Shown here: piece by piece, positions 40,231 through 52,290 of the stretch
Numbering within the stretch: the stretch's first letter is position 1
Layout of the letters: each line of letters starts with the position of its first letter
Source: the human T2T-CHM13v2.0 reference genome, Homo sapiens
Direction: 5' to 3' (one strand)
DNA: 64,000 bases
NCBI RefSeq assembly: GCF_009914755.1
Contig: NC_060933.1
Translations under genes and position numbers: made by a program
Notes under the pieces: model-generated
Database searches by the model: none
What the model saw: only the letters and a program-made list of their open reading frames with translations
What the model was told of the DNA's origin: nothing

Positions 40231-40478
40231 ACTATAAAAGAGAATAAGCTTATATAGCTCTGTAATATGATGAGTGTTTTTTTTTTTTAAGGATTTGATC
40301 ATGTAAGTCATAAAATACACCTGAGTTCTTTGAGACCAAGGACATTGGGTTTATTTTCTTACTGTTTGTGGGGTATAGTACCTCACTTGAATTTGATGCT
40401 CACTGTTTTTTTTTTTAAGAATCCAGAAATTGTGCTGTAGCTCCATCCCCTTTTGAAACTATTGTTCTGTTATTTTAG

Positions 40479-40801
<323 letters not shown>

Positions 40802-41493
40802 TAGGAATTATAGTAGGCAGAAACACTCTTTTAATGGGGCATATGACTTGTTAATCAAATCAGCCAGATGACAGTAAATGTATTTTCTTCAAAGGAAGTC
40901 CAGCAAATCACTTAATTTGTTAATGACTCAGCAATGAAATCATTTAAAAAATGATTTGGGGAATGGGGGTCCTATGTCTGAATGACTCAGTTTTTTTCCT
41001 TCCAATGGACTATAGTGGAACATGGTTTTACTCTCACTTTGAATAATTCTGTTTGAGAAATCTTAACTGTGCAAGCAGTCACTTAATAATTTTTTAAGTA
41101 GTCTTATCTAAATCTTGCAGCACGGTCATTTAACAGTAATTATTACATATTTACTGTTCACCTGTGAATGTGAGACTACTTTGTGAGAATTATTACTGTG
41201 CGATATTTTCTTAAGCATTACCCTTATATGGCAAGTGAACGTATTAAATTGCCTAAGGACAAGCAATTGAAAGTAAGGACAGAGACAACATTTGAATATG
41301 GTGTTTTAAGTGTATGCCTTCAAGAAAAGCTTGTGTGTATCCTAGCAATATTTAGACAAGCAGGATGACCTCCCATTTCTCTTTGTTTATTAAATAGTGA
41401 TTTTGTAAGAGAAATATAAAGAAAAGTTTTATATTTTGCCGCTATTTAAGGTTTTTTGCTATTCATGAGCCTGATTATTTCCTTTTTGTATAG

Positions 41494-41560
41494 GAAGATT
41501 TTCAGTCAATGACTTATGGATTTAAAATGGCTAACAGTGTGACAGATCTTCGAGTTACAG
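41494..41560 (+). CDS. NAA35: NAA35 exon 7
   Basis: [22 protein letters not shown](G); TATAG| and CAG|GTAAAA. Confidence 0.96.
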
Positions 41561-41640
41561 GTAAAATTATTTTTAAAGTTAATTCACAAGTTTTACATTT
41601 TCATATGTTTCCTTTTAAAACTTATTGTTTCTTTTTCTAG

Positions 41641-41684
41641 GCATGCTAAAAGATGTGGAGGATGACATGCAAAGAAGAGTAAAG
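41641..41684 (+). CDS. NAA35: NAA35 exon 8
   Basis: (G)MLKDVEDDMQRRVK; TTCTAG| and AAG|GTATAT; preceded by an 80-nt intron. Confidence 0.96.
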
Positions 41685-41859
41685 GTATATATGTTTTCTG
41701 TTTGGTGTGGGGTTTTGGTACACTTCTAAATGTCAGTTTAACTTTACCTAATTAAAAATGTGTAGAACCACCTTTCTCCTGTATGTGCTTTGTATTTTTT
41801 TTTTGTAATGAATTTGAACACTGCTAGAGGAGTTTCTGATAAATTAATGTCATTTTCAA

Positions 41860-41890
41860 ATTTTAGTATATGTGCTGCCGAAGCGAGCAC
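41860..41890 (-). pseudogene. 3'-truncated U6 snRNA retropseudogene (U6 nt 1-31)
   Basis: Reverse complement GTGCTCGCTTCGGCAGCACATATACTAAAAT equals the U6 5' end; flanked by the direct repeat AAATTAATGTCATTTTCAA (41841-41859, 41891-41909). Confidence 0.95.
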
Positions 41891-41912
41891 AAATTAATGT
41901 CATTTTCAAGTA

Positions 41913-42210
41913 CAGCCATCCCTCAGTATTCTCAGGGCACTGGTTCCAGGACCCCTGTGAATACCAAAACTCAAGGATGCTCAAGTCTCTTATATACAAT
42001 GGTGTGATATTTGCATATAACCTGTTCACGTCCTTCTGTATACTTTAAATCATCACTAGATTACTTATAATATTTAATATGTAAATGCTATGTAAATAGT
42101 TGTACTGTACTTTTAAAATTTGAATTTTTTAATGTTATTTTAAAATTTTTTTCTGAATACTTTCAATCAGCGGTTGGTTGAATCCAACCCATGGATACAG
42201 AGAGATGAGT
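41913..42210. mobile_element. MER2 (Tigger-type) element
   Basis: TA|CAGCCATCCCTCAGTAT...GGTTCCAGGACCCC...GATGCTCAAGTC...GGTTGGTTGAATCC. Confidence 0.82.
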
Positions 42211-43211
42211 ATATTAAAATTTAACCCACTTGATTCTTTCAACTTTTTGCCAGTGTTTTAGATTTTTACTATGGTATTTTAAAAATAGTATTTTTCTCCC
42301 ACTACTGTTTTGGGTTCCTCAAGGTAAGGACTATCTTGTTCACCTTTGTATCTTTAATAGCTGGTACAGTGTCTGGAACACAGTAGGTGAGCTCAGTAAG
42401 TGGTGATATCCCAAATCTGGTGAAAACCTTCTAGATGACCTTGATGATTTGCTGCTTTTCATAGAGATGGGGGAAAAGTTATATTTCTACATTTTTTTTT
42501 TAACACTAGTATGACAGTATGGTTGTCAAACTTCATATTCTCTTTTTTTGATTTTTACAATTCAGTGAATTGAGCAGTTAGACACACACAGTGCTCCACT
42601 TTTAGATGAGGAAAATACAGATCAAAGGAGTTAAATAACCTGTGTCTTAGCTTTACTAAAGGGCATGTAAATGGCAGCTTTAGGGCTAGAACCCACAACT
42701 TCTAGTAGATCTTCCTGTAGTACCACCCTGGTATTTGGTCAAATAAAATTGTCCACTATAACATTTGTATTAAGAAATTGTGTATTTTAGTGTAAAATGG
42801 ATCGGTATTGACCATTGAACTTTATTTTTTCATAATGTGATTTTTGTGAAGGTTACAGTTTTTTTCTAACAGGGTTAGTTTTGAGAGCATCAGGAATTTC
42901 AATTAATATCTCCTTTTAAAGGAAAATATACTATGTGCCATATACTTCTGCTTATGTTATTTCATTGTTTTGCTTTTGCTGTTTGAATACTTAATTCTTT
43001 TCCATGATCTTTATAATTTATGTCAAAATGACCTTTCTGTGTATAGGATTAATAGGAGGAATGTAAATACTAGACACGGCTTTTTTTCCCCAACTATTTT
43101 CCCCAAAAACAGATTCTTGTGTATACTTAAAAAATCAGTGTTTTTCCTTATGTATTTGTAATGTAATATTTTTTCAGGTTTGTGTTTAATTCACCTTTTT
43201 TAAAATTTTAG

Positions 43212-43262
43212 AGTACTCGAAGTCGACAAGGAGAAGAAAGAGATCCAGAAGTTGAACTAGAA
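43212..43262 (+). CDS. NAA35: NAA35 exon 9
   Basis: STRSRQGEERDPEVELE; TTTTAG| and GAA|GTAATT. Confidence 0.95.
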
Positions 43263-43889
43263 GTAATTGAACTTATTTTCTGGTAGATAATATCAGAGAA
43301 GTCTACCTGTTAATGTTGTAGTTTTATGAACTGCGTTATAATTTATGGAAGCCCTTTTTAAGGTATTTCTTTAAAAATTGGACATTGCAAGGGATTTTAT
43401 TTCCCTTGTATTTATTTTGATAGAATGATAATACAGCTCTTTCAAATAGATGATTTCAAAACTCTTCAGTATTCCTGTGAGGTAGGAAGAAAAATACGAT
43501 CTTTCACAGATGATGCACCAGAGCGCCACAGTATCAAAAGTTGCTGAACCTTTGTCGAGATTCTAAATTTTCTGACTCTGCTTAAAGCACATTTTAATCA
43601 GTCCTTTTTAAAATGCAGATAACATCAGTTTTTTGAGGTAATAGTGTAAATTTTGACTTAGGACAAGATCAGTGCTGTTGATATAGAAACTTCACATTCC
43701 GATTTCAAAAGAATAGGCTTTGTTTTGTTTTCTGCAGCTCATTTTTCAGGCTTTTAAAAGCCTGTAAGTGAAGGTGCCTGTAATGTAGTAAGTTATTAAC
43801 ATTGAGATTTAGGAGTTAATATATTTTAAATGAAATTCCTTTCACGGGCTTTGCATCTTTTAACTTTTAGTCCTTTCTTGTTTTTTTAG

Positions 43890-43973
43890 CACCAACAATG
43901 TTTAGCAGTATTCAGCAGAGTGAAATTTACTCGTGTGTTACTGACAGTGCTTATAGCCTTTACTAAGAAAGAG
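43890..43973 (+). CDS. NAA35: NAA35 exon 10
   Basis: [28 protein letters not shown]; TTTTAG| and GAG|GTAAGG. Confidence 0.96.
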
Positions 43974-44793
43974 GTAAGGGCATTCAATATAATATGTCTA
44001 TTTGTTTTAGTGATTTTGGCTGGAATTCCTGAGTGAAGCAGTTCTGAAACTTCTCCCTTGAAGTGCTCCTGATCCCAGATATACAGAACTCAGCATTTGG
44101 TATATTTATACCAGTGTAACACTGATGACTTTCTCAAGAAATCACATGAATTTTGTTTTATTTTTTACTTATTTGTAAATAATACATTAGAAGCTGAAAT
44201 TACTTGTAGGTTGTTATATTTTGTGAATTGAAAAGGAGAAAGTAAAATTTTAGGTAGGCCTAGTCTTACCTTCAGTTACATAATTAACTGTTGGGTTTGT
44301 ATAGAACCAAAAGCAAGCCCTAGATGGTGAATATTTTTTCCTTTTTGTATTTTTGCACTAATTCAAGTCAATTACAGATTAATTTGTGAATAATTTATAA
44401 GTGGTGAATAGGGATCCAATTTTTACCACTAATTTAATTTCTGTAATTCTATTTCTTCCCATTTTTTTTTTCCTACCTTGATGAATGACATGGTAGAATT
44501 GTTGAAAATTTTTTCATTTTCTAGTTGATTGCTTCTTTGGTTTTTATTGTGAAAAAAAAAACCAAAAATATTTTCTATTATTTTAATTGATCCTACAAGT
44601 TATAGATGTGAGTAAAAAAACCATTTTCTATCCTAACAGGATCTGGACATCCTGTATTAAGTGCATAGTTTATGAAAACCAATGTCATTACAGCAAGCAT
44701 TTAATTTCATTATTGTTTATAGGATTTTCCTATTTAATGTATATCTTTCAGTGAAAGAATATGTAAGAATGTTTTTGGTGATTTATTTGCTAG

Positions 44794-44908
44794 ACCAGTG
44801 CTGTTGCAGAAGCTCAAAAATTGATGGTTCAAGCAGCAGATCTTCTTTCTGCCATTCATAATTCATTGCATCATGGCATCCAGGCCCAGAATGATACTAC
44901 AAAAGGAG
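44794..44908 (+). CDS. NAA35: NAA35 exon 11
   Basis: [38 protein letters not shown](D); GCTAG| and GAG|GTAATT. Confidence 0.96.
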
Positions 44909-45159
44909 GTAATTGTTCAATTTGCTCCTACTCTTTCTTTTCTTCGTTTCTATCCAAAATATTTAGTGCTTAGCTTGTACTAAAGTTTTTTCAAGTCAGT
45001 CTTGTACCTTGGGATGTTTTAATCCAGAGACTTACAGTGTTTAGGCTCTTCTCTGTAAATATATACTAGACTAAAAAACAATACTGTAGAACTTGGCCGT
45101 TTCCTGTATATTACTATTTAGACTTGGAATATGTATCCTGTCTTATGTCCATGCTGTGA

Positions 45160-45522
45160 TGTTACAGTCTGGCAGCTTCTTCTTGCTGCCCAGAAAAGCC
45201 AGCGCAATGAGAACAGCAGAGAAAGAGTTTAATTATCATGAGTCAGCCAAGTGGAAGGATGACAGCTGTTTCTCAAATCTTCCTCCCCGAGAATTCAGGG
45301 ACTAGAGTTTTTGAAGAATAGTTTGGCGGGCAGTGGGTGAGCAAGGAGAGGAGATTTGTTTCAGGAAGGGACAGTTACCATCTTTATTTAAATTGTAAAC
45401 TAAATTTCTCCCATAGTTGCTTGGCCTACACCAGGAATAAGCAAAGACAGCTTGTGAGGTTAGAAGCAAGATGGAGTCAGCTATGTCAGGTTTCTCTCAT
45501 AATTTTTACAAAGGCCATTTCA
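45160..45522 (-). mobile_element. LTR8/MER4-group solo LTR, internally deleted
   Basis: Minus strand starts TGAAATGGCCTTTGTAAAAATTATG...GACTCCATCTTGCTTCTAACCTC. Confidence 0.75.
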
Positions 45523-45592
45523 ATAATAATGAATCACCTTTTTAATCACCTCTCCTCTTTTTTGTCTGAGAGATTGTCACTTCGATTACACA

Positions 45593-46178
45593 TGTTAGAA
45601 ATGATTGTTCCCCAGTGCTGTAAAGAAATAGCACTTGAACATAAATTTAATTTCCTTGGCAAGGCCATTTTTACTTTCTGCAGAAAGGGTACACTCACCA
45701 GCAGTTTTGCCACGAGAGTACGCTAAGCAAAGGAGACAGGATCATTTATAACCTGACACGTCCACCCTACTGCTGTGTCCGGTTTCCATTGGCTGGAACA
45801 GGACCTTACATTTCTGTATTTGTCCCAATTGGCTAGCAACTTAGAACTTTTTAAAAGAGGCAAAGGCAGAGGAGAACAAAGGAAGGAGGAAGTAACTTGT
45901 GGAATGCTGAGAAAAGTAAAAACTCCTTCAAATAAGAAAGAAGAACAGGCTATGACCTAATGCTTGCTTGGACCAGTAAAAGCATGCCAGGGCAAATATT
46001 TAGGCTAAATTCTGGGAGCTAAGAACATAAAGTACATTGATTTATTATGGCTAGCAGATATTTAATAATGTTAGCACAGGTTTTTGAATAAATTTTGCTT
46101 CTAAGAGAAGTTACTATTTATTCCTAATTAGATGGGGAGGAAAGTCTTTGAAGAGGAACTTCTACTTTGCTTTTTACA
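45593..46178 (-). mobile_element. Full-length ERV1 solo LTR (LTR10C-like)
   Basis: TG...CA ends, 4-bp TSD CACA (45589-45592 / 46179-46182); minus strand starts TGTAAAAAGCAAAGTAGAAGTTCCTCTTCAAAGAC; CCAAT x2, TATAAA and ATTAAA in LTR order. Confidence 0.8.
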
Positions 46179-46204
46179 CACAGTCTACTCTGAACACCAG
46201 GCAG

Positions 46205-47058
46205 GCGTTAGATATTCTCCCTGTTTTGGAAAAGATTTCACTCTGTATTTTTCCTGTGCTCTCACACCACCACAACAGTCATCAGTACAGAAGACTTGAG
46301 TGATAACTGTGTAGGTTTTTCCACACACACCAGCTGGATGCCCTCTAATTAAACTCCCATTGAAGGAGTGTTTGTGGTAGTGTGGAAAACACAAACTCCA
46401 ACCTCTACTATCTACCCGGAGGTAATGCCAGATCCCACAGGTTGACGGCTCAGTCCCCAAGACTGCTCTTCCTCCCCAAACACCAGTTCCATGTCTGGGT
46501 TTCCAGAACTTCTGACCCACTGGCTTTAAGTTGGGATTCCCACGACTCTCTTTTTGGTTTCAGCTAATTGGCTGGAGCGAGTCACAGAACTCTGGGAAAC
46601 ACTTGGTGTGTTTACTGGTTTATTGTGGAGGCTATAGGATGTGAAGGATACAGATGAAGAAATGCATAGGGTGAAGTATGGGTAAGGGTCTCGGAGCTTC
46701 CATGCCTTCCCTGGGTGTACTATCTCCTAGGAACCTCCACATGTTCAGATATCTGGAAGCTCTCTGAACTGTGTCCTCCTGAATTTTTACAGAAGTTTCC
46801 TTACATAGGCATGATTGATTAAACCTTTGGCCATTGGTGAGCAACTGGACCTTCAGCCTCTCTCCCATCCCTGGAAGTTGTGGGGTGGGGCTGAAAGTTC
46901 CAGCCTTGTACTCATGCCTGTCTTTTTGGTTATCTGCCCTACCCTGAAACTATCAGTCATTCGCATATCAAAAGACAGCACTCGGAGAGTCTAAGGATTT
47001 TAGGAGTTAACGTTAGGAAACAAGAAGGAAGACCAAATATATATTTCATAATGTCACA
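46205..47058 (-). mobile_element. MER21-like LTR
   Basis: GATCCCACAGGTTGACGGCTCAGTCCCCAAGACTGC; GGAGCTTCCATGCC...GGAACCTCCACATGTTCAG. Confidence 0.75.
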
Positions 47059-50000
47059 CCCTCTGTGTTCTCACTGCATTCATACAGGCCTCTGTTACAT
47101 TTTCTTGTACTTTGTATTTTAGTTTTTTACCCATTTGTCTTTCCATGAGATTTTGAGCACTTTTAGGCCAGGCACTCTCTTCTTGTGTATTGCCATGCTT
47201 GGCATATTGTTGGCACTCAGATTTTATTTATGAAATATGCCTTAAAAAGAATAGTGTACCTCTGTTGTAAAGTTTACAGTGGGTTAACATTGTAGATAAT
47301 GTGTAGCAATTTTGATTGTCCTTAAAACTCATTAAAATGAGATGACATTTATATCCTTTTTTCGCCCCTCAACGACTTGGCCATTCCAGTAGAGAGGAAG
47401 AGAAATTTATATGCTTCAAATTAGTGTTACCCAGTTGTCAGTCTTGTAACCAGAAAGGCAAGTTTTTACTGATCGACACCTCATTCCTTTTCCACACCTA
47501 CCCTCCATTTAGAGACAGACATTGTGTTCCCCTTCCCATATATTTTTCTTTCCGTGCTAAAATGTTAGGTAATACAGCAACCCAGAAGGTAATTTGGGTT
47601 AGGAAATCAGTATTGTCATAATTTTTGTGTTTCTACTAGTTGTGCTGACTTTGTATGTATTTATCATCATTTTCACTTTTTCCAAAAGAGGGAGTGTGTT
47701 TATAGGATGAGTGACTAGGTAGCATTCTGTACCATAGGACATAAGGAGGTGGTTATGCATAGCAACGTAGTAGTACATGTTTACAGAGAGGGATAAAATG
47801 TCCACAACTCTGAAATGCTTTGAAATCTACAGCAATAATACTTTTATGAAAACCACTATATAATAAATGACTTCAAAGTAATTTGTTGGTTTGTGTATCA
47901 AAAAGATGATGCAAAGCAAGAATCTTCCAGATGATTGGAATCTGGATGTTTCTTTTTGCCATGTCTGACTACTCCTGGGCTATTCTGCTCTGTATCTGTA
48001 ATCAAACTCTGAGATGATAATTTCCGTGGGATCATTAGTAGCTACAGCTTGTGACTTTTCTATATTTCAGACCAGTGTTAAAAATAGCTTGTGCATATGA
48101 TCTCCTCTATTACTCTGGTTTTATAGTGTGCTGACAGGCTTCAGGAAAATTGTTTATGTAAAATTGGCTTGAATAAACCTTTTAAAAATGTAATCTTACG
48201 ACTAAGCAAGTGAAATTTTAAATTTAACAAGTACTCACCCTGTGCTTGTATGGGTAATACCTTTTAGCTGGCATAATTTAACGTTCTAATTATCCCTTAA
48301 TCATAAGCTGTACGATTCTATAATTAAAAAGTTAATGCCTTCTTAATGTCTATTCTAGTAGAAGAATGATGAGAAAATAATAGTATAGATTAGTTTTGGT
48401 CTCTACTCATTTTGCCTTCTGATTATATTACAACTCCAGCTGGTGACAAGATGGCTGTGTAAATCTTGAAATCACTGAGCATTCATTTTAGCTTCTCATT
48501 GAAAGGTAGATATTCAGTATGAATTGTAAACTGGCATTAAGGGAGAAAGTAGGAATAATCAAACTTGATCTGAGAATTACTTGCTGGTGCATTTTCTCAA
48601 TGCATAGTAATATCTTTATGAAGATGCAGAATGCAAAAGTGGTTTTGGAGGTGGATAAGGAGGGCAGCTTACTGATAATGGGATTTTTTTGACGTGGTTA
48701 CATGGAGCACTGTACTAGTAAAGTATTTGGCCCTGGAAAATGGATAGAGAAGCAGATTTTGGAGTCATTTTCAGTGCTTATTGAGGGAGCAGATGGTATT
48801 TACTTGGGACTTACTGGATTCAAAGATGTGACCTTGGGTTATATTGTTGTTGAAGGAAGAAAGGAGCAAAAAACTCCAGTGAAACTGATGTTTTTCTTTG
48901 TTTTTGCTTATGCTGTCTTGAATTTTACAGTTCTTTTTAATATGTCTGTGGAAGTTTAGCTCATCCTTTAAAATGATGTTCACATCACCTCCTCCAATGA
49001 GACTTTCCTGGTTCTATTTGTCAAAATATGTTTCTCTTTCCATGTTCACTCATAGTTATCTGTGAATTGGGTCTAGTTTACCCTTTAGATTATGAGCATC
49101 TTTAACAGTTGCCAATGGAAATAATATATTTAAATTTATGTTGCCTGAAATTAATAGATACTCTTGGGGAGTGTATTTTCAAATCTAACACACAGTTTCA
49201 AGAGGACTTGTCATCTTTTAAAAATAAATTAAAAGATACCTGAATAAACTTGGTGGGTTGAACACATGTATTTGCTTTCTGAAATTCCAAACAAGCAATG
49301 AAGAAGTGATTTTTTTCTTTCAAGGCATAATTGATAAAGATGAAAAAGACAGGGAAAGGAGAAAATAGCAACAAAATTATTTTAGAAGCTGGAAAACAGA
49401 AGGACATTGACTTACCTATCTCCAAATAACTATTTTTAGCCACTGATAGAGGAAGTCAAAGGCAGCCCAGTTTATACAGTGGATCTCCTCAAGGCTGCAT
49501 TATTGGTTTGCCAGATACTTCTGGAAATGGGTATGAGAAATTTAGCTGAAAACATGAGAACTGGTTGATAATCTGTTCAGAAGCAGAAATTTCATCCCCC
49601 TTTTTGCTGAGTGACATTCCTGAACCTCACAATACTAAAAGTTTATTCTCTGGAGGAGGGGGACAGAGGGATTCTGTACTTGAGGGTATATGAGGCCCAG
49701 TTGAAGGGTACACATTATGAGAGAGTTAAGTGAAAGTTAAGTAGTCATTATTGTGACCTACTTTGATTCCCCATCTGCTCCTCTCCTCGCTCCACTCGGC
49801 CTTCAGAACAGTGTAGCCAGGCACATGCTCTCCACTTAAGAGTTTAGAAGATTCTTCTTAGGGAAATCTGAAAAGTCCAAGAGATGGGGAAAAACAAAAG
49901 CAAATTCTAAATATGCTAATTTCAGCAATTCCCTTGATAAAATGGCTTGGTTGAAAGCTTGACCTGTATTCACAGTGCTCTTAATGGTTTTTTTTTGGTA

Positions 50001-50190
50001 TGTGCTCTAGTTTCAAATCTGAGTATATAGTTAAGGGTGGAAATCTCTAGCCTGAAAGAAAGAATAAAACAGGCAAACAAAGTACCTTAAGAGAAATGAG
50101 AAAAATCAGTACGTATGTAAAACAAAAATAGGATGCTATATGAAAGGAAAAAAGGGGAATATGTTCTTTGAGATTGAAAATAGAAGAGCA

Positions 50191-50331
50191 CGGCGGGTGG
50201 GGGGCAAGGGGAGGGATAGCATTCAGAGAGATACCTAATGTAGATGATGGGTTGATGGCTCAGCAAACCACTATGGCACATGTATACCTATGTAACAAAC
50301 CTGCATGTTCTGCACATGTATCCCAGAACTT
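50191..50331 (+). mobile_element. Short L1PA 3'-UTR insertion with no poly(A) tail
   Basis: GGGAGGGATAGCATT...TATACCTATGTAACAAACCTGCA...CCCAGAACTT; perfect TSD AAAATAGAAGAGCA 50177-50190 / 50332-50345. Confidence 0.92.
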
Positions 50332-50571
50332 AAAATAGAAGAGCAGAAATGACAAAAATAAGTAGGAAGTTTAGAATACAAAGTTGCAGAAATCTTAGAG
50401 CCAAAAATGAAAAGGTGAAAAATAGGAAAGATAAAGATTATACTAGGCTTAGTCAAGAAAGGTCTACTATCTAATAAAGGTAAGTAAATAAAACATATAA
50501 AGGATAAACTAATAAAAGTTGTTCCAGAAGTATAGATCAGAAAATAGAAGCAAAAAAAAAAAAAAAAAATC

Positions 50572-50883
50572 ACTGGATGTGGTAGCCCATGCCTGTAATC
50601 CCAGTGCACTTTGGGAAGCCAAGGTAGGAAGATTGCATGAGGCCAGGAATTCAAAACCAGCCTGTACAACATAGCAAGACCCCATCTCTACAAAAAATTT
50701 AAAAATTAGCCAGGTGTGGTGGCATGTGCCTTGTAGTCCTAGCTACTCGGGAGATTGAAGTGGGAGGATTGCCTGAGCCCAGGAGGTTGAGGCTACAGTG
50801 AGCTATGATTGTACCACTGCATTCCAGCCTGGACGACAGTGAGAGACCCTGTCTTTTTAAAACAAACAAACAAACAAACAAAC
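50572..50883 (+). mobile_element. AluJ-like element with an (AAAC)n tail
   Basis: Alu consensus. Confidence 0.9.
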
Positions 50884-51139
50884 ATGTAAGAAAATTTCCT
50901 GGAGACAGATGATATGAATGCTCAGATTGAAAGGGCCAATAAAGAGCCACCCAGCACACCAGAATGAAAATTGACTTGTGTTGAGGTGGCATATGATTAT
51001 GAAACTTTAGAAAAGTGGCAACAAATGGAAGATCCTAAGAGAAAAGAGGCAAAACCAAGTTACACAGAATCAAGACAGAGTGTCACATGTGCAGCAGTAG
51101 TGGAAATTAGAAGTCAATGAAGTGAAAACCAAGATCATA

Positions 51140-52290
51140 CTTCCTAAAGCAAAACTTACTCAAAGCTATAGCAATGAAGACAGTGTAGTTCTGGATAGAT
51201 ACAGATCAGTGGAATAGAACAGAATTGAGAGCCCAGAAATGAACACTCATGTTCTCGGTTGCTATTTGACAAGGGTGTCAAGACAATTCAATGAGGAAAG
51301 AAAAGTCTTTTCATCAAAGATGCTAAGACAACTGGATATCCACATGCCGGAGGATAAAGTTGGATACTCCCCATCACCCCTGCTGGTCTTATGCAAAAGT
51401 CAACTCAGAATGGATCAGTGACTTAAATGTGAGAACTAAAGCTATGGAACTCTTAAAACATAGGCATTAATCTTACACCCAGGTTAAAAAAAGCAAACCT
51501 GCATAAAAAAATGGGCAAGAGATTTGAACAGACATTTCTCCAGATAAGATTTGCAAATGGACAAAAAGTACATGAAAAGATGTGCAACAACATTAGTCTT
51601 CAGGGAAATGCAAATCAAAATGAAAAGTTACTGCGGCCCACCCACTTGATTGCTTTAATAAAAAAGATAATAAAAAGTGTTGGCAAGGATGTGGAGAAAC
51701 TGGAGCCCTAATACAGTACTGATTGGAATATAAAATGATACAGCTCTCTTGGAGATAGTCTGGTAGTGTCTCAAATGTTAAACATAGAATTATCCAAGGG
51801 AAATGAAAACATCCAAACAAAAAGTTATACACTAATGCTCATAGCAGCATTATTCATAATAGCCAAAAGGGAAAAATAGCTCAAATGTCCATCAGTGGAT
51901 GAATGGATGCATAAAATGGTATATCCATGTAGTGGTGTATTATTTGTCAACAAAAAGAAATGAAGTACTGAAGGACCTTTAAAACACTGTGTTACATGGA
52001 AGAATCCAATCAGAAAAGACCATGTATTGTATGATTTCCATTTATATAAAATGTCCAAAGTTGGCAAATCCATAGAGACAAAGTAGATTAGTGGTTTCCT
52101 AGGATTGGGGGAAGAATCATGGGCAGGTAAGAGTGATTGCTAATGGGTATAGAGTTTCTTCGTGGGTGATGAAAATGTTCTAAATTTGATTGTGATAGTT
52201 TCACAACTCTGTTAATGTATTAAAAAAACCATTGAATTGTATACTTTAAATAGGTGAGTTATGTGGTATGTTAATTATATCTCATTAGAA
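51140..52290 (+). mobile_element. L1MB-like ORF2 end and 3' UTR
   Basis: CAAAGCTATAGCAATGAAGACAGTGT, AGAATTGAGAGCCCAGAAAT, GGGAAATGCAAATCAAAA, GGGTGATGAAAATGTTCTA. Confidence 0.85.

Noticed and set aside
41841-41909. Repeat-spacer-repeat (19/31/19 nt) resembling a mini CRISPR array
   Set aside because: The spacer is U6 snRNA and the repeats are a target-site duplication; there are only two repeats, no cas genes, and the context is eukaryotic
43165-43211. Upstream acceptor TTTTTTCAG|G (ending 43177) before exon 9
   Set aside because: It would add 34 nt and disrupt the frame; such AGs are common in T-rich introns and nothing else supports its use
48231-48244. Perfect minus-strand donor (CAGG|GTGAGT) suggesting an antisense exon
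   Set aside because: A few such matches are expected by chance in 64 kb, and no matching acceptor or ORF was found
48366-48422. Box C (ATGATGA) and box D (CTGA) suggesting an intronic C/D snoRNA
   Set aside because: No convincing terminal stem, internal C'/D' boxes or recognisable rRNA/snRNA guide complementarity; the motifs are short enough to arise by chance
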